Shown piece after piece: positions 8,904 to 17,458 of a DNA stretch of 64,000 nt. This DNA is from a virus. The notes under the pieces are model-generated. The model was not told the DNA's origin. It saw only the letters and a list, made by a program, of their open reading frames with translations, and searched no databases. The stretch spans positions 1-64,000 of the IMG/VR virus record IMGVR_UViG_3300037262_000003. The stretch is one strand, 5' to 3'. The position numbers and the translations under genes were made by a program. The stretch's first letter is position 1; each line of letters opens with the position of its first letter.

Positions 8904-9626
8904 CTAGTTGATCGCAGCAGCCGAACGCTGCCCGACGTTGCCGTTGTTGTGAAGGTTAGCACGACGGGCCGCGTCCTGTCCAGCGTTGTAACCAGAAGCA
9001 GAATTGGTAGACCCGCCCTTATATGTGCGGGTTTTGCCGTACTGGTCGTTCATCTTGGCCTTGACCTCGACTGCCCTGTCCCTAAGGACAATATCAGTCC
9101 CGGCGGCCTTTGTCGAGACCGTCTCCGCATTGGCAGCCGTCAGTCGTTTCCCGACAACGTCGATGAAGCCGTTCCAGAACGATGTACGCCACGTCTTAGC
9201 GTGCTCGTAACTCGGAACGCGCTTCGAACGCGCCACACCCTGCTGGTACAGCGACGTGTAGAGGACATCCACAGCCATGAGGTTAGCCTCAAAGCCGAAA
9301 ACGTGCAACTCGTAGTAGTCGATGTTGTTCCGCCTGCCGCGAGTAGGCGACCGGGTCAGAACACAGTCACCACCGAATGCCCGAAGGATGACAGTGTAAA
9401 GGAACATGTGCTGACGCCCGTAGTTCTCATCGAACCTGATCTTCTTGTCACACGGGACCTCACTCACGTCCGCCTTGGCGGCTAGCAATGCTGCATCGAT
9501 GCTGTAACGAGCCATAAGCTCGGCAGCCTTAGCCGTCAGTGCATCAGCCTCTTCCTCAAACTCAGTGGCTTCTGCCTTAGCTAGTAGCCCGCGAACGCGC
9601 TCCAGCATCTTCTCTTTCTCGTCCAT
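8904..9626 (-). CDS. DUF2786-domain protein
   Basis: ERVRGLLAKAEAT...EEEA..L.AKAAELMARYSID N-terminal signature; GGAGG RBS. Confidence 0.8.
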   Translation of the reverse strand: MDEKEKMLERVRGLLAKAEATEFEEEADALTAKAAELMARYSIDAALLAAKADVSEVPCDKKIRFDENYGRQHMFLYTVILRAFGGDCVLTRSPTRGRRNNIDYYELHVFGFEANLMAVDVLYTSLYQQGVARSKRVPSYEHAKTWRTSFWNGFIDVVGKRLTAANAETVSTKAAGTDIVLRDRAVEVKAKMNDQYGKTRTYKGGSTNSASGYNAGQDAARRANLHNNGNVGQRSAAAIN

Positions 9627-10120
9627 TTGCCCTCCTAGGCTGGGGTGTTCTACCATTAACATGGCGTGCCCTGGCATGTCAACCAGGGCCACCATGACTA
9701 GTCGAGAATCTTCTCACCGTGGACTACCTTATCGTAGATCATGCAGATGCCATCAAGGAGGGATACCTCCAGGACACACAGACCTGCGACAGACCCGACC
9801 GTGAAGCCATCGGAAATAACCTGCCCGATGACCTGTAGGGCTTCAATCATTCTTACCTCCGTGAAGTTTAACGCCCCGTGGCGCTCGAACCCATCCTTGC
9901 ACACCAGAGATGTGTCGCATTCTAAGGCGGGGAGCCAGGCCACGGGGCGTGCGGGAAAGCTAACTAGGGTAGGAATACTCTCTCTGCTGTCCCCAGCCCT
10001 CTCCTGAGGACCAGGCTAGAGCAAAAGCATCCCACAGAGTCTCTGTATGGTCAAGGCCCAAAATGCTGAGAAATTCCTCATAGCATTCGTCTTGAGCCTT
10101 ATCCATCTCTTCTTCGAATG

Positions 10121-10360
10121 TCATTCGTTCCATCCTGTCACATGGACGCACAGTTCCGCAAGCACAACCTTGGAAGCGTACGTACCATCCTTGTTGATGT
10201 TACCGCGTGTCGTGTTGTAGACCGGCTTGACTCGGATCTTGCCCGATTCCGGGTGAAGTTCCTCTATCATTCCGATCTGCATCGCTAGTCCCCCTCCGGG
10301 GCGCTGTGTAGGAAATGCGACGTGTTCACCTACGTGAACGAATGCGTTGATAACGTTCAT
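10121..10360 (-). CDS. Hypothetical protein, probably leaderless
   Basis: ATG 7 nt after the -10 of promoter 10368-10396 (TTGACA-N17-TAGAGT). Confidence 0.65.
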   Translation of the reverse strand: MNVINAFVHVGEHVAFPTQRPGGGLAMQIGMIEELHPESGKIRVKPVYNTTRGNINKDGTYASKVVLAELCVHVTGWNE

Positions 10361-10402
10361 GGGTTGAACTCTACCGGTACAGGCAGCCATTGTCAACCCT
10401 TG

Positions 10403-10519
10403 AGCCGCTGGAGGGAGTTGAACCCCCGTACTCACATGCGGGTCCGGACTCCGCAAGGTGTTAACTCAGGTGGCCACCATCGTTTCACACGATTGAGCTA
10501 TTGCCAATGAATCAGCGGC
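10403..10519 (-). ncRNA. 117-nt tRNA-like RNA (acceptor and T-arm; D and anticodon arms replaced by a multi-hairpin insert)
   Basis: GCCGCTG/CAGCGGC acceptor, GGGGG-TTCAACT-CCCTC T-arm, internal helices TAGCTCA/TGAGTTA, ATCGT/ACGAT, TGCGG/CCGCA. Confidence 0.65.
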
Positions 10520-10524
10520 AGGGT

Positions 10525-10635
10525 AGGTCCACAGGGGGGAATGCACCCCGCACTAGTAATAGCGCACTATCCGACAAGAGACCGTCGCCTCATGGAATGC
10601 GTCTTCCTATTTCGTGCCCGCCTATGCTATGGACC
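10525..10635 (-). ncRNA. About 110-nt tRNA-like RNA with a variant T-loop
   Basis: GGTCCATA/TGTGGACC terminal stem, GGGG-TGCATTC-CCCC T-arm-like element; lies between two other tRNA-like units. Confidence 0.5.
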
Positions 10636-10637
10636 AG

Positions 10638-10721
10638 TGTTCGGGGCCGGACTTGAACCGGCATCTGACTTCTTGACCCTAAGGCACCGCGAAGTCGCTC
10701 TACTCGTTGAGCTACCCGATC
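10638..10721 (-). tRNA. Atypical tRNA with an 18-nt anticodon loop (isotype undetermined)
   Basis: D-arm GCTC-AACGAGTA-GAGC, anticodon stem ACTTC/GAAGT around an 18-nt loop, T-arm GCCGG-TTCAAGT-CCGGC, acceptor with one A-A mismatch, no CCA. Confidence 0.7.
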
Positions 10722-10729
10722 GTGTTACC

Positions 10730-10758
10730 AGGATATACCGCCTGGCCCGGTTTGTCAA
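10730..10758 (-). promoter_or_regulatory. SigA-like promoter TTGACA-N17-TATCCT for the tRNA-like cluster
   Basis: Predicted TSS near 10723, about 2 nt before the first tRNA-like unit. Confidence 0.8.
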
Positions 10759-10765
10759 TTCCGAA

Positions 10766-11482
10766 CTACTTCTTCTTGATGCCCACGACCGGAAGGGTAA
10801 CGATACCCGAAGTCGGGGCAGCGTTGGTGTTGTCCGACAGAATCGGCTTACTCACCAGGTGCAGCGGAGCATCGCTGTAGAACCAGTCCACAGGCCCGCC
10901 CAGCTCCACAAGCGCGTCGGCAGTAGTGAAGAAGAAGACACCCGCGTCCCCACCTTCCTCGCCACCGTACGTGCCGTCGTCACCCAGGCTGTTAACGACG
11001 TCAGAGCACTGGCCCTGCGTGTAACCCGCACCGGAACCCCCGCCGTCCACGAAACCGGTCACGCAGTTCGGGTCGTCCACGATGTCCTGACTCTCGGTGA
11101 GCTGCGACGTGACAGAACTGACCTTACCTAGGATCGTGTAGAAGGTCAAGAGCTGGCCCGTGGAAGCGAAGACGTAGACGTAACCTACCCGGTTCGGGTC
11201 GTTCAGCGTCAGGTCACGCTTGCCGTCGTTGACCATCTCGTCAGTCGGGCCGGTGTACTGGTCGAAGATCGACTTGTCGAACTGAGCGACCTGAGTGTTC
11301 GCAGCCAGATCACCAGTGGCGTTCGCGCCGTCCTTGAGAACAGCACCTTCTGAGATTGCAGCCGCGCCAGTAGGACTGGGAGAAGCGGATGAGACGTCAG
11401 TACCGCTGTTGCCACAGGCAGCCAGACCAGCCACAAGACCGGCGGTGACGATGACACCCGAGATACCCTTGAGCTTATTCAT
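10766..11482 (-). CDS. Lipoprotein
   Basis: AAGGAGG RBS; MNKLK + hydrophobic stretch + lipobox LAAC. Confidence 0.85.
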   Translation of the reverse strand: MNKLKGISGVIVTAGLVAGLAACGNSGTDVSSASPSPTGAAAISEGAVLKDGANATGDLAANTQVAQFDKSIFDQYTGPTDEMVNDGKRDLTLNDPNRVGYVYVFASTGQLLTFYTILGKVSSVTSQLTESQDIVDDPNCVTGFVDGGGSGAGYTQGQCSDVVNSLGDDGTYGGEEGGDAGVFFFTTADALVELGGPVDWFYSDAPLHLVSKPILSDNTNAAPTSGIVTLPVVGIKKK

Positions 11483-11504
11483 ACATCCTCCTTGTTCTAA
11501 CGGC

Positions 11505-12026
11505 TTAGCCGTTGAGGTTACCCTTTTCACAGGCCAGGACAGAGACCTGCTTGGACAGATCGACGCCCTTGAACTCCGCGCCGGTCTTGACTTCGAGACT
11601 GTCGTTGTTGTACGTCGTAGCGTCCCGAGTGCAGGACTGCTGCGCAGCAGTAACAGAAGCCTCATCCTGCTGAAGGACGCTACCCAGGTTGCCCGAGGGG
11701 TCAGCAGCGATCTCAGCCGACGTGTACTGACCCTGGAACTGTACCAGAGTCTGCATGTTGGTGGCAACCGTCTCCAGGTCGGCCTGGTAGTTGCCGTACA
11801 GCGTGTAGTACTTGTTGTAGTTCTCGATCTGGGCTGCTGTGCCCGTGACTGAGAACTTGGCGTTGCCGTTGTCGATCTGCTGGGAAATCTCCTGCTGATG
11901 CTGGGCGTTGTGAGACGTGAGCGCCCACGCGCCCACGTAGATACCGAAGCAGACAGCCCCGATGATCACGACAGACAGGATAATAGCCCAGAGACGCTGG
12001 GAGATCCAGACGATACCGCTTACCAT
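11505..12026 (-). CDS. Membrane-anchored protein with an extracytoplasmic helical domain
   Basis: N-terminal TM helix; adjacent to the lipoprotein gene. Confidence 0.8.
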   Translation of the reverse strand: MVSGIVWISQRLWAIILSVVIIGAVCFGIYVGAWALTSHNAQHQQEISQQIDNGNAKFSVTGTAAQIENYNKYYTLYGNYQADLETVATNMQTLVQFQGQYTSAEIAADPSGNLGSVLQQDEASVTAAQQSCTRDATTYNNDSLEVKTGAEFKGVDLSKQVSVLACEKGNLNG

Positions 12027-12431
12027 TCAATTCCTCCTCGTAGTAGCGTCAACTTAGGACGCTCTGAGCTTACCCCATTGTCTACTTTGGTGTCAAGGTA
12101 GTCGGCACGGCGAATCTGGATGGCCTCTCCATCCTTGAGATCACCGTATGGCGGGAAAGCACTACGGAGCACGCGGTGAATATCCTCGTCTTTGACGATT
12201 TTAGACACCGCGTGCTCCGTGTCGGGATCTAGTGTGACTAGGTACGTCACCAGGTTCTCCCGCATGACTCAGCGTGCCTGACTGCATCACGAAGGGCCAT
12301 TGACCAATCCCCGTAGTCATTGCCACGGCAATTGCGGTTCCACCCGTGATTCCAGTGAGGACACGTCCAGCGCCACAAGCGTCTGCCGTCATGCGCTACA
12401 GCGTGTGAGAAAACCCTAGTCTTATGACTAA

Positions 12432-12617
12432 TCAGTGGACACCTCCGATCGTGAACTTGCCCGAAGAGTAGATCACGGGCAGAACCCGGATACCGACCAT
12501 GGCTGAATCGCTGCCGAACCGAGCCGCATTGCTAAGAGTAGTCCTAGCCTGCTTCTCAGTCAAGCCCTTACCGATCAGAGTAGGGATAGCGAGGTGGGTA
12601 CTTACAGTCAGTGCCAT
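12432..12617 (-). CDS. Hypothetical protein
   Basis: GAGAGG RBS, ATG start. Confidence 0.6.
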   Translation of the reverse strand: MALTVSTHLAIPTLIGKGLTEKQARTTLSNAARFGSDSAMVGIRVLPVIYSSGKFTIGGVH

Positions 12618-12644
12618 TTTGATCCTCTCACCTTAGACAAGAAT

Positions 12645-12666
12645 GGCCCGGACAATTGTCCGGGCC
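12645..12666 (-). terminator. Putative terminator (perfect 22-bp palindrome GGCCCGGACAATTGTCCGGGCC)
   Basis: Just downstream of the stop at 12679; followed by ATTCTT on the - strand. Confidence 0.6.
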
Positions 12667-12678
12667 TGTGCTTGCTTC

Positions 12679-13221
12679 CTACCAGAACAATCCGTCCGGT
12701 ATAGCTAGACGGAGATCCTGTAGATACAGGTCGCCGGGTGTTACAAAACCTGGCCAGCGATTGTCACGGAAGATACTGTACCCTCCGCGAGTGGACGCCG
12801 TGTCCACGAGCTGAGAGCAGATCAGGTGACCTGTGTTCCCAATGTAGTGCCTGAGCCCGTCCGTGTCAACATGGAACCTGTGAAGGACGAGTGCATCGTA
12901 GTCCAAGAACGAGTACGGAGTGCCTGCTAGCTTCCTGGCCTCATTGGCAATGGCCGGGCGCAAAGACTGCCCGACACGGGAGTAGATACCGTCACACCAA
13001 TGTACCTCAGCCTCAGTGTAGATGTCAAGGGGGCGAATCTGCGCACCAGCCTTGCCAGGCTCGGCCTGGATTAGCGTGCCGTCACCTAGATCCATGAAGG
13101 CGTGCTCGAAGTCTTCGAAGCCCGAGCCGTTAAGGTACTGGCCTACACGGACACCGAAGCCTAGGCTGCCGTGGATCTGAGTCAGCCCGATACGACCTGG
13201 GTTACTTAGGGTTGTCGGCAT
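12679..13221 (-). CDS. Permuted papain-like NlpC/P60 (YiiX-type) enzyme
   Basis: His before Cys: FEHAF...EPG...PY...LICSQLV...TPGDL. Confidence 0.75.
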   Translation of the reverse strand: MPTTLSNPGRIGLTQIHGSLGFGVRVGQYLNGSGFEDFEHAFMDLGDGTLIQAEPGKAGAQIRPLDIYTEAEVHWCDGIYSRVGQSLRPAIANEARKLAGTPYSFLDYDALVLHRFHVDTDGLRHYIGNTGHLICSQLVDTASTRGGYSIFRDNRWPGFVTPGDLYLQDLRLAIPDGLFW

Positions 13222-13576
13222 CGCTTTCCCCTAGCTTAGCCATAATGGCATCGACCTGTACAGCGATATGCGTCATCGCCATGTGGTCTGCCTCAGCCTT
13301 GGCTGACGACTTCAGTGCGTCCCTGTTGCTGGACTTCTGTAGGACGAACAGCGCCCAGAGCTGAATCCAGTAGGACGACACAAGTCCCAGAACGATGAGC
13401 AGAGGGTGGACGCCAAACGCCAAAAGCGGGATGGCGAAGGCGACCCACACTCCGAATGATGACCCCAGAACACGGGCCAGATGGTCAATAGACCATTCAT
13501 TAAACCTGCTAAGCGCAGTAGAAGGGCGCTTTAGAAGGCTGTCACGATGCGGTACTGCTGGGTGGGAAAGTCTCAT
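13202..13576 (-). CDS. Two-TM membrane protein (DUF1003-like / holin-like)
   Basis: Two hydrophobic helices followed by an A..DH segment. Confidence 0.6.
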   Translation of the reverse strand: MRLSHPAVPHRDSLLKRPSTALSRFNEWSIDHLARVLGSSFGVWVAFAIPLLAFGVHPLLIVLGLVSSYWIQLWALFVLQKSSNRDALKSSAKAEADHMAMTHIAVQVDAIMAKLGESDADNPK

Positions 13577-13588
13577 GCAACAAGTATG

Positions 13589-13759
13589 TCACCGATTCTT
13601 CTGCCGTGAGTGACGTGCTGCACGGTTCTTTGCCCGGCGCTTATCCACCGTCTTGCGAGGAATAACTCCGGGCGTGGAGTCCCATCGATCACCCAAGACC
13701 ACAGTAACGATATGCTGTGTGGCCCTGTCAACGATCTTGGAAGTCTGATTCCTGCTCAT
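13589..13759 (-). CDS. 56-aa peptide with a basic tail (KRRAKNRAARHSRQKNR)
   Basis: Read by hand (below the ORF track cutoff); ATGA overlap with the upstream peptide, GGAGG RBS. Confidence 0.6.
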   Translation of the reverse strand: MSRNQTSKIVDRATQHIVTVVLGDRWDSTPGVIPRKTVDKRRAKNRAARHSRQKNR

Positions 13760-13905
13760 CCATCCTCCTTGGACTGCCTGATCGCCTTGATCTTAGCATT
13801 GCGACGGTCCTTACGTGTCTTACGGTGAATGCCCGCAGCACCAGATCGTCGCAGCAGCGTCAGACGATGACCGCGAGATTCTAGTGATACTACCGTTCCC
13901 GGCAT
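13756..13905 (-). CDS. 49-aa basic peptide (LRRSGAAGIHRKTRKDRR)
   Basis: Read by hand; GGAGG RBS 5 nt before ATG. Confidence 0.6.
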   Translation of the reverse strand: MPGTVVSLESRGHRLTLLRRSGAAGIHRKTRKDRRNAKIKAIRQSKEDG

Positions 13906-13931
13906 GCTGACCTCCGAAGCAGTAACTTCTC

Positions 13932-15359
13932 TTACTCGACAATCTCTGCATCTAGGATGCTACCAGTGTCCAGCGGAGCTGGCAAGGCCGTGACTCTCTC
14001 TGCCGCCTCACGGCCGAAGATGTTAGAGATCATGCCCGCTCGGGCGTTGCCAGTCGCTTCGATCTTGATGCTGAGCGAGTCCTTCGACGCCTCGACCTTG
14101 CTTGAGATCATCCTGTTGAGACGATCGTACTCGGCGGAAGTATTCTTGTCAATGGCCCCGCCCTGGATCTGCTCGAAGAAGCTAGACCTGAACACACGCT
14201 GTGTTTGCAGCTCAATGAGGGTGTCCTGCAATGCTGCTAGCTGCGTCGTCGTACGGATCTCGACTGGGATCTCGTAGGCGCACTCAGCTCCGGGCCTCAT
14301 CTTAGTGCAAACGTCGTTGATATGGCAAGTGTCGCACTGTAGAAGAGACACGCCCGGAGAACGAAGCATACGACGCTGGGTCTCTGTTCCGTCAGGGTTG
14401 TAGTGGGTCTCTTCCACAGTCTGTAGGAGCGGGAAGGGCACCTTGTCTTCACGTACAGCGATGGCGTTGTTCCCCATAGGTGCTGCACTAATCACAACTC
14501 CCGTGGGGTCTGTTTCCGGTATTTGCCCGAATGGGTCCAGCACGCTAGTAGTAACTCTTGCAGGGCTGATGCTCTCAGCGAACTTCTGCCATGACCACAC
14601 AGAGAGACGAAGCAATTCGTTATTGTCGTCACCCTCGATCTTGCGAGTGTCGAAGCCGTTCTCACGGAGCCAGGCACGGTGGCTTTCACGCCTGTGCTTG
14701 TAATCTCGGGGATAGCGATGAAGCTCTCGCCCGTCCCAGATGAATGTATCACCATACTGCGTGGGACTCAACCATGATGTCGAACCCACCGACGTCAGAG
14801 GCAGGGTCTTCATGGCATCCATCTTAGTCATGGAGACACCGTGGAAGCTAGTGCCACTAGAGAGCGTACGGAGCAGGCCCGTAATATCACTACTATCACT
14901 AGCGTTCTGTAGAAGTCCCACGCGCTCATACTGCTCAGATAGACGGCGTAGTTCTCTGACGCCTGTATCTTCATGCCATACGGGCATCCACTTGTCACTT
15001 GGAAGGTTCTCCCAGTACTGGTGGCGTATATCGTTGATAAGATCCTGTCCGAGGATCTGTGCGTCGAATTCAGAAGCGAAAACGATGTCGTTAATGTTGT
15101 GATCGACAAAGCTCATATACTCCTGGTACAGCTCATACGCTTCTTCCTGAGTGACCTGACCGTCCTTGTTGACGGAGTAAGCCCCCGAGTCAAGATAGAC
15201 CTTGGCACCCTCTGGGAACTCATCACGAATGTGGAAGTCCGTGAGGTTCTTACGGCGTCTGCGTAGACCGTACCATGACAGAGACATAGTGTCCACATGC
15301 TGATCGGCCAGGAATGCACGCCAGCCGGCCTGCTCGCATCCGCCATAGAAAATAATCAC
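13932..15359 (-). CDS. TGT/DpdA-like TIM-barrel protein with a C-terminal Cys4 domain
   Basis: LDSGAYS, EFD, PVWH, FHG, SVGSTSW...YG motifs; CDTC-x4-C-x8-C. Confidence 0.65.
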   Translation of the reverse strand: MIIFYGGCEQAGWRAFLADQHVDTMSLSWYGLRRRRKNLTDFHIRDEFPEGAKVYLDSGAYSVNKDGQVTQEEAYELYQEYMSFVDHNINDIVFASEFDAQILGQDLINDIRHQYWENLPSDKWMPVWHEDTGVRELRRLSEQYERVGLLQNASDSSDITGLLRTLSSGTSFHGVSMTKMDAMKTLPLTSVGSTSWLSPTQYGDTFIWDGRELHRYPRDYKHRRESHRAWLRENGFDTRKIEGDDNNELLRLSVWSWQKFAESISPARVTTSVLDPFGQIPETDPTGVVISAAPMGNNAIAVREDKVPFPLLQTVEETHYNPDGTETQRRMLRSPGVSLLQCDTCHINDVCTKMRPGAECAYEIPVEIRTTTQLAALQDTLIELQTQRVFRSSFFEQIQGGAIDKNTSAEYDRLNRMISSKVEASKDSLSIKIEATGNARAGMISNIFGREAAERVTALPAPLDTGSILDAEIVE

Positions 15360-15361
15360 GC

Positions 15362-15892
15362 CTACTCCAAATGTTCTTCCATGCGCTTGTCGTTCATTCG
15401 AGCGGAACGCTCTGTCTCAATCTTATCAACGAGGGCATCCCATCCCTCGGCACCCCTGCGAGAGCCTGGAAGCCACTCAGGAAGGCCGTAGGCGGGCTGG
15501 GTATACATCAGTACCGGGACACTGGCGTTGATGACCTCACGGGCCTCCTGGGGGCCGTTAACGACCACTACAGAGATGTTATAGCCCCTCATCCTCAGGA
15601 TGCGGATGATGTTCTCCCAGTACGACTCCAGAGTGTTGACGCACATGCTTCCCATGTAAAGTACGTCATCGTACACCAGGATGTTCTCCTGTTCGAGCCA
15701 GTTCTTAGTTCGGTTATTTTGTGTCTCCTGTGTGACCAGGATGATCCTGTACATGGCAGACAGCGTGCGGTAGAGGTGGAAGCCATCGGGATTGAGCTGG
15801 CCGCCCACAGGCTTCTTGAGGATGCCTTCAATGGGCATTACCAGGACACGCGACATTGTGCCCTGGTTGCCCTCAATCCCGATGATGCTCAC
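15362..15892 (-). CDS. Degenerate HAD-fold protein
   Basis: VLVMPIEGIL in place of DxDGxL; IILVT...T.NWL pattern. Confidence 0.55.
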   Translation of the reverse strand: MSIIGIEGNQGTMSRVLVMPIEGILKKPVGGQLNPDGFHLYRTLSAMYRIILVTQETQNNRTKNWLEQENILVYDDVLYMGSMCVNTLESYWENIIRILRMRGYNISVVVVNGPQEAREVINASVPVLMYTQPAYGLPEWLPGSRRGAEGWDALVDKIETERSARMNDKRMEEHLE

Positions 15893-16794
15893 TTGTAATA
15901 CCTCGCGGATGAGTAACGCATTGCTGCGCGGGTGATGATGTCAGCCGGTGTCTCAGTTGGTTCTTCCTCATTGTCTATGAAACCCCTGAGGATGTCAACC
16001 GTTCCTAGTTGCTTACCTCGCTGCCAGCGGAAGTTATGGAAGTCTCCGTATCCCCCGCCAACGTCGGAGAATGCAGCCTTACGCCCGTTGTGGATAGCAT
16101 CCCACAATGAGTGTGCAGCGCGACCGGCCTGGACCTTGCCAAGTGACCCGCCGTTGTCAGCCAGTTCACGCAGGGCTGTGGCCTGCTTGTAGTCAGCGTC
16201 AGTGAAGTCGAACCATTCCTTGGGGTACATTCCCGTAGGGTCTTCCGGCAGCGTCGGAGGCTTGACATCCCAGCGGTCCATGATCAGGTCATAGGCAGCG
16301 TAGGGGTTGATGATCTTGATGTCATCACTGACACCAGGATTCCAGAAGAAGGTGATCTCGTAGTGCTTGCGAGACCCCCCGATTGTGGCGTTGCGTGTCT
16401 TGGGCCAGCTCATTGCCTTGAGCATCTGGTCTGTGTACCTTGCGACCTCTGGCCCGCTGAGACGGGGGAATTGTGGATTATCGTCCAAGAACGTAGCAAG
16501 ATCAACGCCGAACAGAACATCCAGGTCACCATTGCCACGATCAGCACTCCACTGGTAGCTCGCACCTGACCCTGCCAGCCATGCGCAGGTCCAGTTCCAG
16601 GGCTTCTTGAATCCTAGATCATTCTCTAGGTCTGAGTAAAGCGCATTGAGAAGGCCGGTCCTGACATCCTCACGGAGATGATCACCGTCAAAGAGGTCAG
16701 GATCTAGGACTTCTGCTGGCTTCGAGAAGTAACCGCTAGGCAACGAACAGTCCGCCCTCTGACTTACCTTCCGCCTTGGCCTGTGCCTTAGCAC
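15889..16794 (-). CDS. Pol-beta superfamily nucleotidyltransferase
   Basis: LAGSGASYQW...GDLDVL (GS...DxD); true start may be TTG 16743. Confidence 0.75.
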   Translation of the reverse strand: MLRHRPRRKVSQRADCSLPSGYFSKPAEVLDPDLFDGDHLREDVRTGLLNALYSDLENDLGFKKPWNWTCAWLAGSGASYQWSADRGNGDLDVLFGVDLATFLDDNPQFPRLSGPEVARYTDQMLKAMSWPKTRNATIGGSRKHYEITFFWNPGVSDDIKIINPYAAYDLIMDRWDVKPPTLPEDPTGMYPKEWFDFTDADYKQATALRELADNGGSLGKVQAGRAAHSLWDAIHNGRKAAFSDVGGGYGDFHNFRWQRGKQLGTVDILRGFIDNEEEPTETPADIITRAAMRYSSARYYK

Positions 16795-17209
16795 CAGCTC
16801 CTAGCACGGACAAGGTAGCCTGAACAGCCATCGGAGCCGCAATCTCTGCGGTCTTCTGGGCAATGATCTGGGCCTGTAGGACATTGAAAGCCCCCTTCAT
16901 GTGATTGCCCGAAGGGTAGTCCATGGGGACCACGTTATCGAAGATGTTCGGGCTGGCTGCGATGATTCCCTCTGGTAGCTGGAAGACCAGGAACGCACAG
17001 GTATACGTGGCGTGGCCCGCTTCTGTGCGCTCGTAAACCGAGAACTCAGATGCGATGCTGGAAGCCGCGTAGATGTCATCAAGCGTGGCTACACGCTTGG
17101 CGGTGACATCAGTAGACTCATCATGGTCAATGAAGTGGGGCTGGCCCAGCCAGTCTACACCGACTACGAACGCCCATGAGACTGTAATCTGGTCCTTGAT
17201 CTTGCTCAT
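16736..17209 (-). CDS. Hypothetical protein
   Basis: AAGGAGG RBS. Confidence 0.8.
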   Translation of the reverse strand: MSKIKDQITVSWAFVVGVDWLGQPHFIDHDESTDVTAKRVATLDDIYAASSIASEFSVYERTEAGHATYTCAFLVFQLPEGIIAASPNIFDNVVPMDYPSGNHMKGAFNVLQAQIIAQKTAEIAAPMAVQATLSVLGAGAKAQAKAEGKSEGGLFVA

Positions 17210-17361
17210 TTATTCCTCCTAGTTTCTAACGTGCTTGACCCAGCGCTTGATACGGAGGTACCACGTGGGTACCGTCTGCGTCTTGACGAACTCCTTCATA
17301 TCCTTATCTAGGAGATAGAGGGTAGCCCGAGCCTGCGGAGTCCCGTTCTGGAACTCTCTAC

Positions 17362-17390
17362 ATCTTATTGACAACGAACTCGTGTGTCAA
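17362..17390 (-). promoter_or_regulatory. SigA-like promoter TTGACA-N17-TAAGAT with a palindromic spacer
   Basis: TTGACA is present on both strands (17368-17390). Confidence 0.7.
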
Positions 17391-17458
17391 GGCGGCAGTC
17401 TCACGGGCGATGTCAGCGGAGAAGTCCTTACGCGGGGAGATATAAAGCCCTAGGAGTC

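Noticed and set aside
10403-10519. Bona fide tmRNA or Y RNA
   Set aside because: Too short for tmRNA, with no G3-U70 or tag ORF; its acceptor stem is formed by the RNA ends, unlike YrlA, and no Ro60 gene is visible in the window.
10638-10721. Suppressor tRNA and stop-codon recoding
   Set aside because: The TTA/TAG triplets are not in a 7-nt loop, and conserved genes are full length and end normally with TAA, TAG and TGA.
10766-11767. 333-aa version of the lipoprotein ORF
   Set aside because: The extension overlaps 11505..12026; RBS and signal peptide indicate a start at 11482.
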